In this document: one piece after another, positions 52,501 to 62,260 of the stretch
How the letters are laid out: every line of letters begins with the position of its first letter
Position numbering within the stretch: position 1 is the stretch's first letter
Position numbers and translations under genes: made by a program
From: Octopus vulgaris
Taxonomy: Eukaryota
DNA: 64,000 nucleotides
Reading direction: 5' to 3'
Assembly: GCA_951406725.2 (NCBI GenBank)
Contig: OX597823.1
Span: 62,001 to 126,000, forward strand
Notes under the pieces: generated by a model
The model's input: the letters and a program-made list of their open reading frames with translations, nothing else
What the model was told of the DNA's origin: nothing
Database searches by the model: none

Positions 52501-55500
52501 GCATTATCTCCAGCTGGCTATATGACATGATATGTGTCCTTATATTTCTGAACAAGAGAATCTAGCACCCCAGCGCTACCTCTAGCCGAATAATTATTTT
52601 GTGCTGATGAAGGGAAATAACCTGGAAATCGCGATACACAGATATTGTTTTGAGCTGAGTGGGGGTGCTAGATTCCCATGTATAAAAATATAAGGACGCA
52701 GATCATGTTGTATAGCCAGCTAGAGATGATGTATCCTGGGGCTAAATTACAGCAACATTCGTCCTAAACCAGGACTGCCATGTTATTTTGGCAAAAATCT
52801 TTACGCTAATCCTGCCATTCTATGTTTGTCATAATGATGTGAAGAAATGATGCTATTTCATGCCTTTGTATACCAATTGTACTAATCCTAGCATACTAGT
52901 TATAACACAATAGTTATAACATACTTATCGTTTACAAGTTATATTTTTCTAATCATACAAAATTTTACATCAGTGTTTAATTGTGCTCTATGGTTATTAA
53001 TCACCCAACTTTGTGTTCTGTTGTAGAGTCTACTGCATTAATTGTGTCCAGAGTTGGGTTGGATGTGATGCATGGGATCTGGTAAGTTAATTCTTTCATA
53101 ATCCATACAAATAAATGTGAATTTGGGTGTCCCTTCTTTTTTCTAGACAAGAAGCTTCCACTGAAACAGGAGTTACCCTTTCAGCACACAAAGGAAAAAT
53201 TGTACATTCTTATATCTATATTCTATGAAATGTAAATCCTGTGCATGTGTCCACATGGATTACTATGCTTGCAAATGATGTATATTTGAAATTAGGATCA
53301 TCTTGGGAGTGTTTCTGTTCTATTTTGGTGCACTAACCTGCAGCAGAAATTGGGTCCTTTTTATCCCATCTTCAGTTCTTAGCACCAGCAAAATGTGAGT
53401 AAAAAGAAACCAAAGTCATCGGAGAATTATTTAGCCTATTCAGAAATTGGATGGCACACAAAATAATTAACATTTTGGGAACTCTCTTAACTTTTACAAT
53501 AAAACACCTTTTGTGTTGGTTTGGATAAAATGCCTCTGACTAGCAATTTTGTTATTGATTAAATCCTTTCCCACCCAACAAAATCCTTTGAACATGAAGT
53601 GATGTGCATTTTCCTGATACTAAATCCTTTCTCCAAGCAGTAAATGTTCTTCTATACCACTTGTGAATGATAAAAATTCTTCATTGAAAATATATTAGTC
53701 AAGTTGAATATAGCAGTGTTATCTTAAACTGCTACAAAGATAAAGGAGGTGCCTTAGAGAAACCAAGCTGCTAAAGTCACAGATCAGTTGTGCTATGACA
53801 TGAGTAGACTTACATGAAATGCAGTTTGGTTTCATGCCTAGAAGAGGCACCACAGCAGCAGCAAGGCTACTGCTGGAAAAATATTTGGCTATGAATAAAC
53901 TGCTGTTAATGTTTTTTATTGATTTTGAGGGGTTTCAAAGGGCACTGTATTCAGTAATTTGGTGGAAATTAGGTGTTACTGAATGGCTTGTTAGGGCTGT
54001 ACTAAGATGAAATAAGCTGTGTAAGAGTTGACAATGATTTCAGTGACAAATTTAGTGTGAAGGTAGCAGTTCATCGGAGTTTAGTTGTGTTGCATTCATC
54101 ATTTTCCTAGAGGCCATTACAGAGGAGTTTACAACTGGAAATGCATAGGAACTCTTACATGTTTATGATCTACTTCTCATTGCTGAATGAGAAAGAAAAC
54201 TCCAGGCTTGGAAGCTAAACTTACAATCAACAGGTCTTAATGTAAACTTGGCTAAGATGAAGGTTTTAGTAAGTAGGAGATAAAACTGAACCCTGATATT
54301 TGCTCTATATGCAGAAAAGGAATACGTATAAACTCCATATGCTGTACCCAAGAGATGTAGTGATAGATGTTCTGGAGGAGTATATGTCTAGATGGCTTGC
54401 TAGTAGCAGTTGATATTATCTAAGAGATGTAAATAATAGGGTAAGTGGTGGTTCTGAAAGTATAGCAGCCAATTTGAGAACAGGATGAAGGAAGTTCAGA
54501 GAGTTTTTACAATGTTGGGGAGTGAATGGCACTTGTGTTAGAATGGTAATGCTGTATGGCAGTGAGACATGGGCTTTGAAAGAAGTGAAGCAAGCATGTT
54601 TCATTGTATTTGCTTGAATAATAAAGTACAAATGTGCTGAGAGAATTTGACTTAAGAGCAATCAGATGTAGTGTGCAAGAAGGCTGGGCTGGTGTGAATG
54701 AGGGCATTTCATCATCATCATCGTTTAACGTCTGCTTTCCATGCTAGCATGGGTTGGATGATTTGACTGAAGTCTGGTGAACCAGATGGCTGCACCAGGC
54801 TCCAATCTGATCTGGCAGTGTTTCTACAGCTGGATGCCCTTCCTAACGCCAACCACTCCGAGAGTATAGTGGGTGCTTTTACGTGCCACTGGCGGTACTG
54901 GCAACAGCCATGCTCAAATGGTGCTTTTTATGTGCCACCTGCACAGGAGCCAGTCCGGCGGCACTGGCAACGACCTCATTCAAATGTATTTTTCACATGC
55001 CACTAAGGCGATGCAGGTAACAATCACGCTCGAATGGTGTCTTTTACGTGCCATCGGCACGGAGGCCAGCTTGTTGCTCTGGCAATGATCAGAAAAATAA
55101 AAAAAGCATTGATCAGTTCATGTGGAGGAAGCTTATGAAAAGAGAGTCCTAGGAAGAAATGAGACAAAGTGTGAAGACTGATTTCGGGACCCTGAACCTT
55201 GTGGAGGGGATGACTAGTGATGGTCCTTGAGAAGACTTGTCTATATTGGTAGAAGTGAGTTATATTGCACAGTTTGGTTTTTTGCCAAAATCCAGCCATC
55301 ATCACTTTCTTGCTACTACTTTTCTTAATACCTGCAACTATTTCATTTCATTATATCAAATCATTATTAACCTTTATCAGGTCGAAATGGGTCATTTTCA
55401 CCCATGAAGGTACATTTTTTGCCATACTTTTTGTGCAGTTAGTTCAAATTCTCTATTCTTTCATCTAGCTGCTTCTCTTGGAGAGATAAATATGTAAATT

Positions 55501-58500
55501 TGTGAAGTTCTTTTTCTGACAGTTGTTCTTTAGTGAGCTGGGATTTATGTGTCTCTCATTTTGACCTGTTTAGACTCTGAATGTTAGATTATTTTATTTT
55601 TACTTTCTCAGTTTGAAAAAATGGCATCAAAACGTGTTCTAGAATTGCTGGAAAGTGATTCAGACCTTTCTGACTTTGAGAATGGGTTCAGTGATTCTGA
55701 ACTGGAAGAAGAATTGATTGAGGAAGATGACCTTGACTCTGAGTCAGAGTAAGAGTTATCAAGTTCTGATAGGAATAGTGAAAGTGATGATGGAGGAGAA
55801 GGTGTCCTGCATGCAAAGTCAGGAGTTGAGTGGAAGGAAACCCCTTTTCGTGTCAATGTGCAGTTTGGAGCCAAGAACATAGTGACAGGAAAACCAGGTC
55901 TGATTGATGTTGTAAGGAATCCAAAAACTCCTTTGGCAATCTTTAGCCAATTTATGCCTCAAGCTTTGATAAGCGAAATTACTGATCATAGAAACCAAAG
56001 AATTGAGAAGGTCAAGGAATGATCCAAGTCCAGATACGATGCTGATGAAGCAACCAGTTTGGAAATTTCGGCTGTTTTGAGCATTATAGTCATCTCTGGA
56101 GCTCAGCAAGCTTCTCGTCATGATATTGAAAGCCTCTGGAATTCGGAGGGAACTGGAATGGATTTGTGATCTGTGATGTCTTACAGACGCTTCAAATTTC
56201 TCTTTTGCCAAATGCGTTTTGATGACAGAGCCACAAGGCATGCAGCTGACTGCCTCGGCTCCAATTTGGGACACTTTCGAAAGCGTGGCAGCAGCTTTTC
56301 ATCAGATGTACAATCCTAGAGAACATTTGACTCTCGATGAAGCTGTAGAAGCATTTTGAGGCAGATGTGCATTTGTCCAATACATGCCTCTGTAACCAGC
56401 TAAATATGGAATAAAGCTGCAATGCTTATGTGACACCAAAACTAATTACGTATGCAATATGGAAGTGTATCCTGGAAAACAGTTTGATGATCTGTTCTAG
56501 CTTTCTAATAAACCACATGACATTACATTTTGCCTGGTTGCACCAATCTTTGGCACAGGCAGCAACCTGATAACTGACAATTGGTATACTAGTGTACCAT
56601 TTACTGAAGATTTCTTGAAAAGCAAAAGAACTCTTCTTGGAACGACAAAAAAGAACAAGCTGGACATTCCACCAGAAATTATGCTGAAGAAAGATTGAGA
56701 GGTTTACAGTTCCAAGTTTGCATTCCAAAAAGATATGATGATGGTTTCAAATGTGCCTAAACCAAAGATGGCAGTTATTTTTCTTGTCTGTGAAGCACTC
56801 TGATGCAAGCCTTGATGAATCAACCAGACACAAGCAGAAACCTTCAGTAGTGGCTGTGGTTGAAGGCATGTGAATAAAATTGTTCTTACCTTGACTTGCA
56901 GTTGGGTACTGCTGGTAGATTGATCAATTCTTCACCCGTTTGGCTTGACTTCTCTATATCCATGACTAGCATCTGTCACTGTGAGTGCCCCAAGGGAAAA
57001 CAAAATGCAGAGGAAAACTTCCCTTCTCAATTGCCGATGTGACATCATCTCTTGTCGCTTCTGGTCCTTCCACCACAGTGACATTCTACAATGGCACTAA
57101 AGGTGGTGTGGACACCACTGCCAAAAAGATGGGCTGCTACATCTTGCTCCAGATGCACGAAACGATGGCTGATGTTGTTCTGTTCCCTCATGGATAAAGT
57201 TTGCTTGAATTCCTTTGTGATATACATTTGGAATAATGAGAAGGACAGTCTATGATCTCATAGAGAATTTTTGAGATCACTTGGAAAAGAACTTCTGAGG
57301 GAACAACTTGAAATATGCTTGCAAAATAAAACTGGAATACAGAAGGAATTGCTAAAGACTATTGAGACCTGTGCTTCCAGATTGGCAATTGATGTTCCGT
57401 TAGTACCTGTACATCCTGTACAAAGTTCAAAGATCATGCTTCACAACCTCGTCCCCTGTCTTCCTGGGTCTACCTCTACCACAGGTTCCCTCCACAGTTA
57501 GAGATCAGCACTTCTTTACACAGCTGTCCTCATCCATACACATCACGTGATCATACTGGTGCAGCCGTTTCTCTTGCACACCACATCTGATGCCTCTTAT
57601 ACCTAATTTTTTTCTTAGGATGCTTACACTCTGTCGAACATGCACATCTAGTGAAGCATCCTGGCTTCATTTCTCTCAAGTCTACACATGTCCTCAGCTG
57701 TCACAGCCCATGTTTCACTGCCATGCAGCATAGCTGTTTGCACACGAGCATCAAACAATCTGCCTTTCATCCTGAGAAAGAGGGCCTTTGTTGGCAGCAG
57801 AGGTAGGAGCTCTCTGAACTTTGCCCAGCTTAATCTTACTCTCACAGCTACACTCTTGGAGTATCCACCTCCACTACCACTTGGTCACCTAGATAACAAA
57901 AGCTATCTACTACCGCTAGATTACCCCCTGGTAGTTGATGGAGTCTCTTTTCTGCACATTTTCTTCCCATTCACTCCAACTATCCCTATTTTTCCCCATT
58001 TACCATTAAATCCACCCTCTCATCTCCCATACACTGTTGCAGCCCCTACTTGCCTAGGCTCCTATTTCCTCTCTCCTACCTTCTACATTGGGAATCCAGC
58101 CAAACACCTCAGTTTATTTCTTTCCAGCTCCACTCCATGTTCTTTTCTAAAATGTGAGCAGTCATATTGCTTCTCTACAGGAAGATGGTCTTCTCCAGCC
58201 TCTTCTTTTATATTTTAACCTCCTTAGTTTCTACCTCAAGCCACTTCCTTGGGCTATGTAGTTTCGCACACTACACAGTGACCTCACTAGAACTGGTGGC
58301 ATGAAAAAAAGCACCCAGAACTTGTAAAGAGGCTGATAATATGAAGTGTATCCATCTGTAAAAATCCAGACACTGGAGTGTGATACAGCAACGATCAAAG
58401 GTAGTAAATCAAGATTTAAAAGGGGTAGAAATAATTCAGTAAAGTTTTACAATGAACTCTTGACTAAGGCTCCAGAAGTTTTGACTTGGTGTCTTCTTTT

Positions 58501-59856
58501 TTTGTAGGTTCTTCAGTTTTACAATGTTACTTTAAGCTGATGGCTTAACAGCCCTTCACAAGAGCCAGTATGGCTAGTATGTTAATAAGACTAGTTATTC
58601 TGTCCCTTGTCCTAATCTTTAAATATACATGACCTTCTTAAATATTTACCTTTATATAAAGGTGAGGAATTAACAAAATCAAGCAAAATATTTTGTGATG
58701 CTTATTCTCACTCTGAATTTTGTGTTAAAATCTCATTAAGTTTTACTACCTTTCATCCTTCCAGGATAAATAACATAAAATGCCAGTTAAATTCTAAAGA
58801 CGATCTAATCAAATTTGTACCTTATGGTTTCTACTTGAATATGTAGCATAGCATTAACCTGAATTCAAACTATGAACTTTATTTCTAGATGAAAGGTATA
58901 ATGTACATCTCATCCAATAATATTCATTAGGTATAAAACACCTGCTGAAAATGTAGTATTTGTTTTTTTACATGAACCTTTTTTATATTACCTTGGATTG
59001 GATAAAGCATGAGATTGGTGCTCTTCCTAACACTGACCCTTGTTTTCAAGTAAACTACTTTGTTCCAGTAGCTTTTGCACATTGAAACACCAAGTGGAAT
59101 GTTTTCTTTATAGAGAGGAAACATAAACAACTGCTACTAGTGTCTTGGTGACTGACTCGTATGCGTTAGTAATATATTGAACAGCCTTCTGTAGAGGTTC
59201 TTTCTGCTGAAGTTAACTTGGTTAATCTAAGGCTGTACTAGAAGACAATGAAGGTGCCCTGCAGTTGGGTGAAACTTTTTAACCACACTGGCATGGCCAA
59301 AGTCTTTCATGTTCTAAGATGAGGTTAGTAGTTCAAAATATAATCTAATGCCATTTAATCTGAATAAGTTGTTGTTGGCAGTGATAGGGAGGTTGGAAGC
59401 TAGTGATGGTGAACGATGGCAAAGGGAGGAATATAAATTTTGCAGTTGTGTTAATATAGCATTTTTTTTCAGAAATTAAACCACAAATTCACATTTTATT
59501 TGTATCTTTATAAATGACTGAGAGATACTCTCCAAATTGCTTTAGTATCTCAGAAACACATAATGTCATATAATTTTTAATGTTACCTTTGTTTAGTAAC
59601 GTACTCAAAGTAAAAGATAATGTCATTCAACTTGATATATTAACAAAATATATTGAAAATTGACAAGATTTTCATTTCGTATTAAAAACTATGAGAATGT
59701 TTTTTTCTCTTCTATTATTAGATTCTCTCACAGAACCCCTGGTCATGTTTTCTTTGCCGAACTCCAAACAAAAGACGTGCCTGTGGATATCTTCAAGCCA
59801 AACCGAACTGGTCTCTTAACATTATGCATATGTTCAATAGTCATCAAAAGCTGGCG
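11866..59856 (+). CDS. DNMT3: DNA (cytosine-5)-methyltransferase 3, 5' part of the spliced gene (11 coding exons: PWWP + ADD); continues beyond the window
   Basis: join(11866-12300,13080-13226,13635-13733,16747-16867,25759-25875,26774-26818,34600-34685,50691-50738,52240-52304,53027-53081,59722-59856); all GT-AG, phases consistent, 451 aa with no stop; collinear with the known DNMT3A/B PWWP and ADD sequences. Confidence 0.92.
13080..13226 (+). CDS. DNMT3: DNMT3 exon 2, PWWP core
   Basis: [49 protein letters not shown]; cag/ ... /gtatgt. Confidence 0.93.
13635..13733 (+). CDS. DNMT3: DNMT3 exon 3, PWWP helical part
   Basis: [33 protein letters not shown]; tttcag/ ... /gtaagt. Confidence 0.9.
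14276..15800 (+). mobile_element. Mutator-like (MULE) transposon with FLYWCH-like N-terminus, degenerate
   Basis: [27 protein letters not shown] from ~14525; [29 protein letters not shown]; tandem GGACAAAATCCCC subterminal repeats at 14283-14315. Confidence 0.8.
16747..16867 (+). CDS. DNMT3: DNMT3 exon 4
   Basis: [40 protein letters not shown]; ttccag/ ... /gtcagg, phase 1 fits the next exon. Confidence 0.85.
16960..17810 (-). mobile_element. Degenerate CR1-group LINE fragment(s)
   Basis: Minus-strand PLLFI..YADDTK near 17730-17805 and YCS.IQRKA near 17270-17300. Confidence 0.6.
17830..18180 (+). mobile_element. CR1-group LINE 3' end
   Basis: [23 protein letters not shown], followed by a tail resembling the SINE A tail. 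Confidence 0.65.
18235..19075. mobile_element. Palindromic mariner derivative (two 5' ends inverted)
   Basis: TIR-like GATCTGATCAATCAATAAGTATCTGGACT; 18310-18520 ([22 protein letters not shown]) is mirrored at 18895-19070. Confidence 0.7.
19560..19750 (-). mobile_element. RTE-like LINE C-terminal fragment
   Basis: [36 protein letters not shown]. Confidence 0.75.
19750..20590 (+). mobile_element. Mariner transposase remnant
   Basis: [37 protein letters not shown] motifs with stops and frameshifts. Confidence 0.8.
20660..21430 (+). mobile_element. Penelope-like element RT fragment
   Basis: [42 protein letters not shown]. Confidence 0.8.
21735..21987 (+). mobile_element. RTE 3'-end fragment with (ATG)n tail
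   Basis: GGTTGGCGTTAGGAAGGGCATCCAGC..CATGCTAGCATGG. Confidence 0.8.
22215..22315. repeat. (TG)n/(TA)n microsatellite
   Basis: Seen directly. Confidence 0.95.
22455..22790. repeat. Imperfect inverted repeat (MITE-like foldback)
   Basis: TCTAAGAGATCAA/TTGATCTCTTAGA, CACCTTAACATGG/CCATGTTAAGGTG and CTGGTTAA/TTAACCAG are nested symmetrically. Confidence 0.75.
22877..23190 (-). mobile_element. RTE 3'-end fragment
   Basis: (CAT)n followed by the reverse complement of the RTE 3' UTR. Confidence 0.8.
24390..25320 (-). mobile_element. Old degenerate RTE fragment
   Basis: Reverse-complement similarity to the 2400-3500 region (YLGD, YDACV, KAF, LRKL). Confidence 0.65.
25759..25875 (+). CDS. DNMT3: DNMT3 exon 5 (PWWP-ADD linker)
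   Basis: (G)[38 protein letters not shown]; cttcag/ ... /gtgaga, phase 1-1. Confidence 0.75.
26540..26710 (-). mobile_element. SINE family B, degenerate
   Basis: GGTACTTTATTTTATTGA..GGAAGGATGAAAGGCAGAGTTGAC. Confidence 0.6.
26774..26818 (+). CDS. DNMT3: DNMT3 exon 6 (45 nt, pre-ADD helix)
   Basis: (N)[14 protein letters not shown]; aacag/ ... /gtgagt, phase 1-1. Confidence 0.82.
26925..29420 (-). mobile_element. RTE LINE copy (degenerate) with 3' UTR
   Basis: ORF pieces 27441-27980 and 28255-28443 are homologous to the 1077-3833 element. Confidence 0.9.
28756..29173. repeat. Minisatellite: 11 x 38 bp ACCAGTCATTGGGTATGACTCCTTCGTGAACCATCTGA
   Basis: Period 38 (28756, 28794, ...), 418 bp; one substitution noticed near 28888. 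Confidence 0.95.
29430..29736 (+). mobile_element. RTE 3'-end fragment with (ATG)n tail
   Basis: Near-identical to 4040-4347. Confidence 0.85.
30337..33900 (-). mobile_element. Gypsy-type LTR retrotransposon (degenerate; 3' LTR 30337-30562, no 5' LTR found)
   Basis: Minus-strand order: gag zinc knuckles (~33380-33460), protease [17 protein letters not shown] / YIDNI, RNase H, integrase; purine tract next to the LTR at 30563-30576. Confidence 0.88.
34323..34551 (+). mobile_element. tRNA-derived SINE family B, full length
   Basis: GGCGGTGAGCTGGCAGAA head, GAGTTCAAATTCC box B, AATAAAGAAA tail. Confidence 0.85.
34600..34685 (+). CDS. DNMT3: DNMT3 exon 7, ADD GATA-like finger
   Basis: (E)[28 protein letters not shown]; HPLF.GG.C..C is the ADD hallmark; ttccag/ ... 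/gtaatt. Confidence 0.95.
35641..37050. mobile_element. Non-autonomous piggyBac element with TTAA TSDs
   Basis: TTAA|CCCTTTCGTTACT ... AGTAACGAAAGGG|TTAA, a perfect 13-bp TIR; internal ~175-bp direct repeat at 36130-36470. Confidence 0.92.
38215..43270 (-). mobile_element. Tx1/L1-clade LINE, near full length (ORF1 + ORF2), disrupted
   Basis: ORF1 pieces at 42190-43140; ORF2 from LGCLNIRG (~41555), [32 protein letters not shown]-terminal C..C..ETVLH...CP; AATAAA on the minus strand at 38221-38226. Confidence 0.9.
43480..43712 (+). mobile_element. SINE family A, 3' half
   Basis: Tail GCATGGCCACTGTCAAATGACTGAAACAAGTAAAAGAATA. Confidence 0.75.
43860..44025 (-). mobile_element. SINE family B fragment
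   Basis: CTGGTACTTAATTTATC..AAAGGCAAAGTTGACCTCGGC..TTTGAACTCAGAAC. Confidence 0.75.
44315..45760. mobile_element. RTE-like LINE with inverted 5' segment
   Basis: Minus strand 44315-44870: [34 protein letters not shown]; plus strand 44881-45760: [22 protein letters not shown]. Confidence 0.82.
45811..47100. mobile_element. Non-autonomous DNA transposon with GGGGCAAAATGAGTAA subterminal repeats
   Basis: Motif forward at ~45820 and ~46018, inverted at ~46706 and ~47062. Confidence 0.6.
48510..50345 (-). mobile_element. RTE LINE copy (degenerate)
   Basis: ORFs 49036-49278, 49596-50033 and 50056-50340 are homologous to the first RTE. Confidence 0.9.
50691..50738 (+). CDS. DNMT3: DNMT3 exon 8 (48 nt, ADD acidic loop)
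   Basis: [16 protein letters not shown] aligns to DNMT3A NCFLECAYQYDDDGYQ; tttcag/ ... /gtaagt. Confidence 0.9.
52240..52304 (+). CDS. DNMT3: DNMT3 exon 9, ADD PHD finger
   Basis: [21 protein letters not shown](R); tttcag/ ... /gtaaca, phase 2. Confidence 0.92.
52424..52809. repeat. Long inverted repeat (~148-bp arms, ~90-bp spacer)
   Basis: 52424-52571 mirrors 52662-52809, e.g. ATAACATGGCAGTCCTGGTTTAGGAC / GTCCTAAACCAGGACTGCCATGTTAT. Confidence 0.92.
52595..52644 (+). ncRNA. Minimal type I hammerhead ribozyme motif (Penelope-LTR type)
   Basis: TTTGTG-CTGATGA-AGGG(AAATAA)CCTG-GAAA-TCGCGA-TA-CACAGA: full core, short stem II, palindromic stem III. Confidence 0.72.
53027..53081 (+). CDS. DNMT3: DNMT3 exon 10, ADD PHD finger
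   Basis: [18 protein letters not shown]; ttgtag/ ... /gtaagt. Confidence 0.92.
53700..55260 (+). mobile_element. Old RTE copy with a younger minus-strand RTE 3' fragment (54710-55090) inserted
   Basis: [22 protein letters not shown]; (CAT)n block at 54710. Confidence 0.75.
55371..57420 (+). mobile_element. piggyBac transposon with degenerate transposase
   Basis: TTAA|CC 5' end; ATG at 55621 with acidic N-terminus; [36 protein letters not shown]. Confidence 0.9.
56855..57077 (-). mobile_element. Solo LTR of the Gypsy family at 30337
   Basis: TG...CA, 223 bp, clearly homologous to 30337-30562; 5-bp flanks GTGGC / GTGAC. Confidence 0.88.
57425..57960 (-). mobile_element. RTE C-terminal fragment
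   Basis: [27 protein letters not shown]. Confidence 0.85.
59722..59856 (+). CDS. DNMT3: DNMT3 exon 11, end of ADD
   Basis: [45 protein letters not shown] aligns to DNMT3A IKEDPWNCYMC..GLLRRREDWPSRLQMFF; ttag/ ... /gtttgt. Confidence 0.9.
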
Positions 59857-59989
59857 GTTTGTTGTTCAGTTTTGCTGTCTTTCATTTGTTATAGTGAAAT
59901 TAATCTTGTCTTACACTAATGTCTGATCTGTTGCTTATGCATTTCTGGTCCTTAGTGACCATCTTTGTCTATCATATGTCTTCCTTCAG

Positions 59990-61712
59990 AGGTGACAAAA
60001 TAGGGGCACCATTAGTTTATTTGGGGAAAATATACCAATAATTCATCACAAATATGTGCACTCTTAAATCAAGAGTATAGCAGTGCCTTTTCTCAGCCTA
60101 TAGTTAACAATATACTTCATAAGCCAACCAAATTCTTTAACCTCCAGAAGTCGGCTGCAGAGACACATCTTAAAATTAATGACATTATAGAAGATGATTT
60201 ACTTAAAGCTATTAATGACCTAGATTCAAACCCAGCATCCAGACCAGGAGGTCTCCCAGCCATATTGTTAAAAATGTGCAAAACCAGCCTCACAAAACCA
60301 TTAAAGATACTATTCCAAAAGTCATTTGATACAGCATATTTCTAAAACTACCGAAAGACACAATAGTAACACCTGTACATAAAGGAGGTAACAGGGCTGA
60401 AGCCAAAAACTACAGACCGGCTTCTCTTGTCTCATACATCTAAAGTTATCAGATGCATTGTCTGGAAAAGTATAATTACATACCTTGAAGGAAACATCCT
60501 CTTTGATGACACACAGCTTGGTTTTCAAACTTGACAAAGCTGTCTGTCACAACTATTACAGCACCATAACACTATTCTCAATAATATTTTGAGAGGAAAG
60601 AACACTGGCTGCGTATACCTAGATTTTGCTCTGGTCTTTGACAAAATTGATCATGGAATCATCTGTCATAAGTTAAAGGATTTTGGTATTGGAGGAAAAC
60701 TTGGAGAATGGCTCTTTGACTTCCTACTTGGTAGGAGTCAATCTGTTGCTGTAAATAGTTTTCTCTCTGCTAAGTTACCTGTAATAAATGTCATACCTGA
60801 GGAAACGGTTCTAGGACCATTATTATTTGTCATCACCATAGGATCACTAGTGCATTCAATCCAACCTAATGAGTTGTGCTGATGACACAAAAATATTGAT
60901 GGCTATCCAAACTCCAGATGCTGTCACACTCCAAAATGAGCTAAACATCATTTATCAATTGGCAAATGAAATCCATCAAAATTTCAAGTTCTTCATTATT
61001 GGGGGAGGGGGGACGCACACTGATCACACAATATTCGACACCAGGTAACACAATGATTCAATGCACCAGTGACATACAAGACTCAGGAGTAATCATATCA
61101 AGTGATACATCTGTGAACTGACCTCAAAATGCAGACATAGGGATGGATCCTATGAACCTTTGTGACAAGAAAACTGGTAGTTATGCTAATTATATGGAAA
61201 ACCTTAGTTCTGAGCAGATTAAATTACTGCTCACAGCTTAGGTCTCCAAACTTATCTGGTCTCATAGAAGAAATTGAAGTGTTACAAAGAATGTTCACCA
61301 GTAAAATATCTTTGGTTAAAAGCCTTAATTACTGGAAATGCCTAAAAGAGATCTTTAATGCATGAACCGGTAGATACTGTCAGCTTCCAAATATATCATC
61401 TTTGAAATCATGAACAAAAACTATTGTACCATTCTTATATGTAGAGGTCCTCAACTGTTCAGCTGCTTACCTAAAGAAATCAGAAATATAAAAAGAATCT
61501 CTACTGAAACTGAAAACAAAAAACTAGAAACTTCCTAACAACAATTGTGGGCCAGCCAAGCATTCAAGGATACACTCAGGGAAGATCAACTACTACAAGC
61601 TCAATCATTGACCAACTTCCTGCCATAAAGTGAAAAGAAAAACGATAGAAAATAAGTTAAGGCAGTGCTCCAGCATGGCTGTAGTCCTCTGACTGAAACC
61701 ATTAAAAGAATA
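59990..61712 (+). mobile_element. CR1-group LINE, degenerate
   Basis: AEAKNYRP, YLDFA.VFDKIDHG, VLGPLLF, ADDTK, RLNYCSQ; tail GGCAGTGCTCCAGCATGG..TGACTGAAAC. Confidence 0.85.
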
Positions 61713-61809
61713 GGGTCACATTACAAGTTTTATAGAAAATTATTATTATAACCAATTCTTTTGTTTATTTAAAAGTTTTCTTGGATCTGATTAAAGTTTT
61801 CTTTTTTTT

Positions 61810-62260
61810 TTTTTTCTGACATGAATTTACCTCTCCTCATCACATAAGATTTCTATCTGATGTCTTCATGCACAACATTTCTGATTGTTTTTTTTACTGA
61901 CACACGATATTTTTTTGCAATTGACCTTCATTGATTTTCCCGGATTGTCTTCAATGTTTTGCTTAACTTCCTGAATAAATTCAGGTGTCCTGATAGAATC
62001 AGAGCGTTTGGAATGTGTTTTACGTTTCTCTAACTCACACTGACTCTTTCAGCCAAAAGATCTTGCAACTTTCAGAAAACAAGAAATTTTCTAAATCACC
62101 CTGCTTAGCCTTTAAATGAAAAGGCTTAGCATTGCTTTTCATTTCAATAGGAAGCAAAGGGCCTGTCATTGTTATTTTCTGAAATAGAAGTTCAATAAAA
62201 AAAGTTGTCAAATAAAATAATGACTAAAAATACATGTGTCCTCAAATACCGTCTGCACCC

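Noticed and set aside
34600-59856. ATRX as the identity of the ADD-domain exons
   Set aside because: The in-phase upstream PWWP exons and the post-ADD W..IM.MF segment fit DNMT3; ATRX has no PWWP domain
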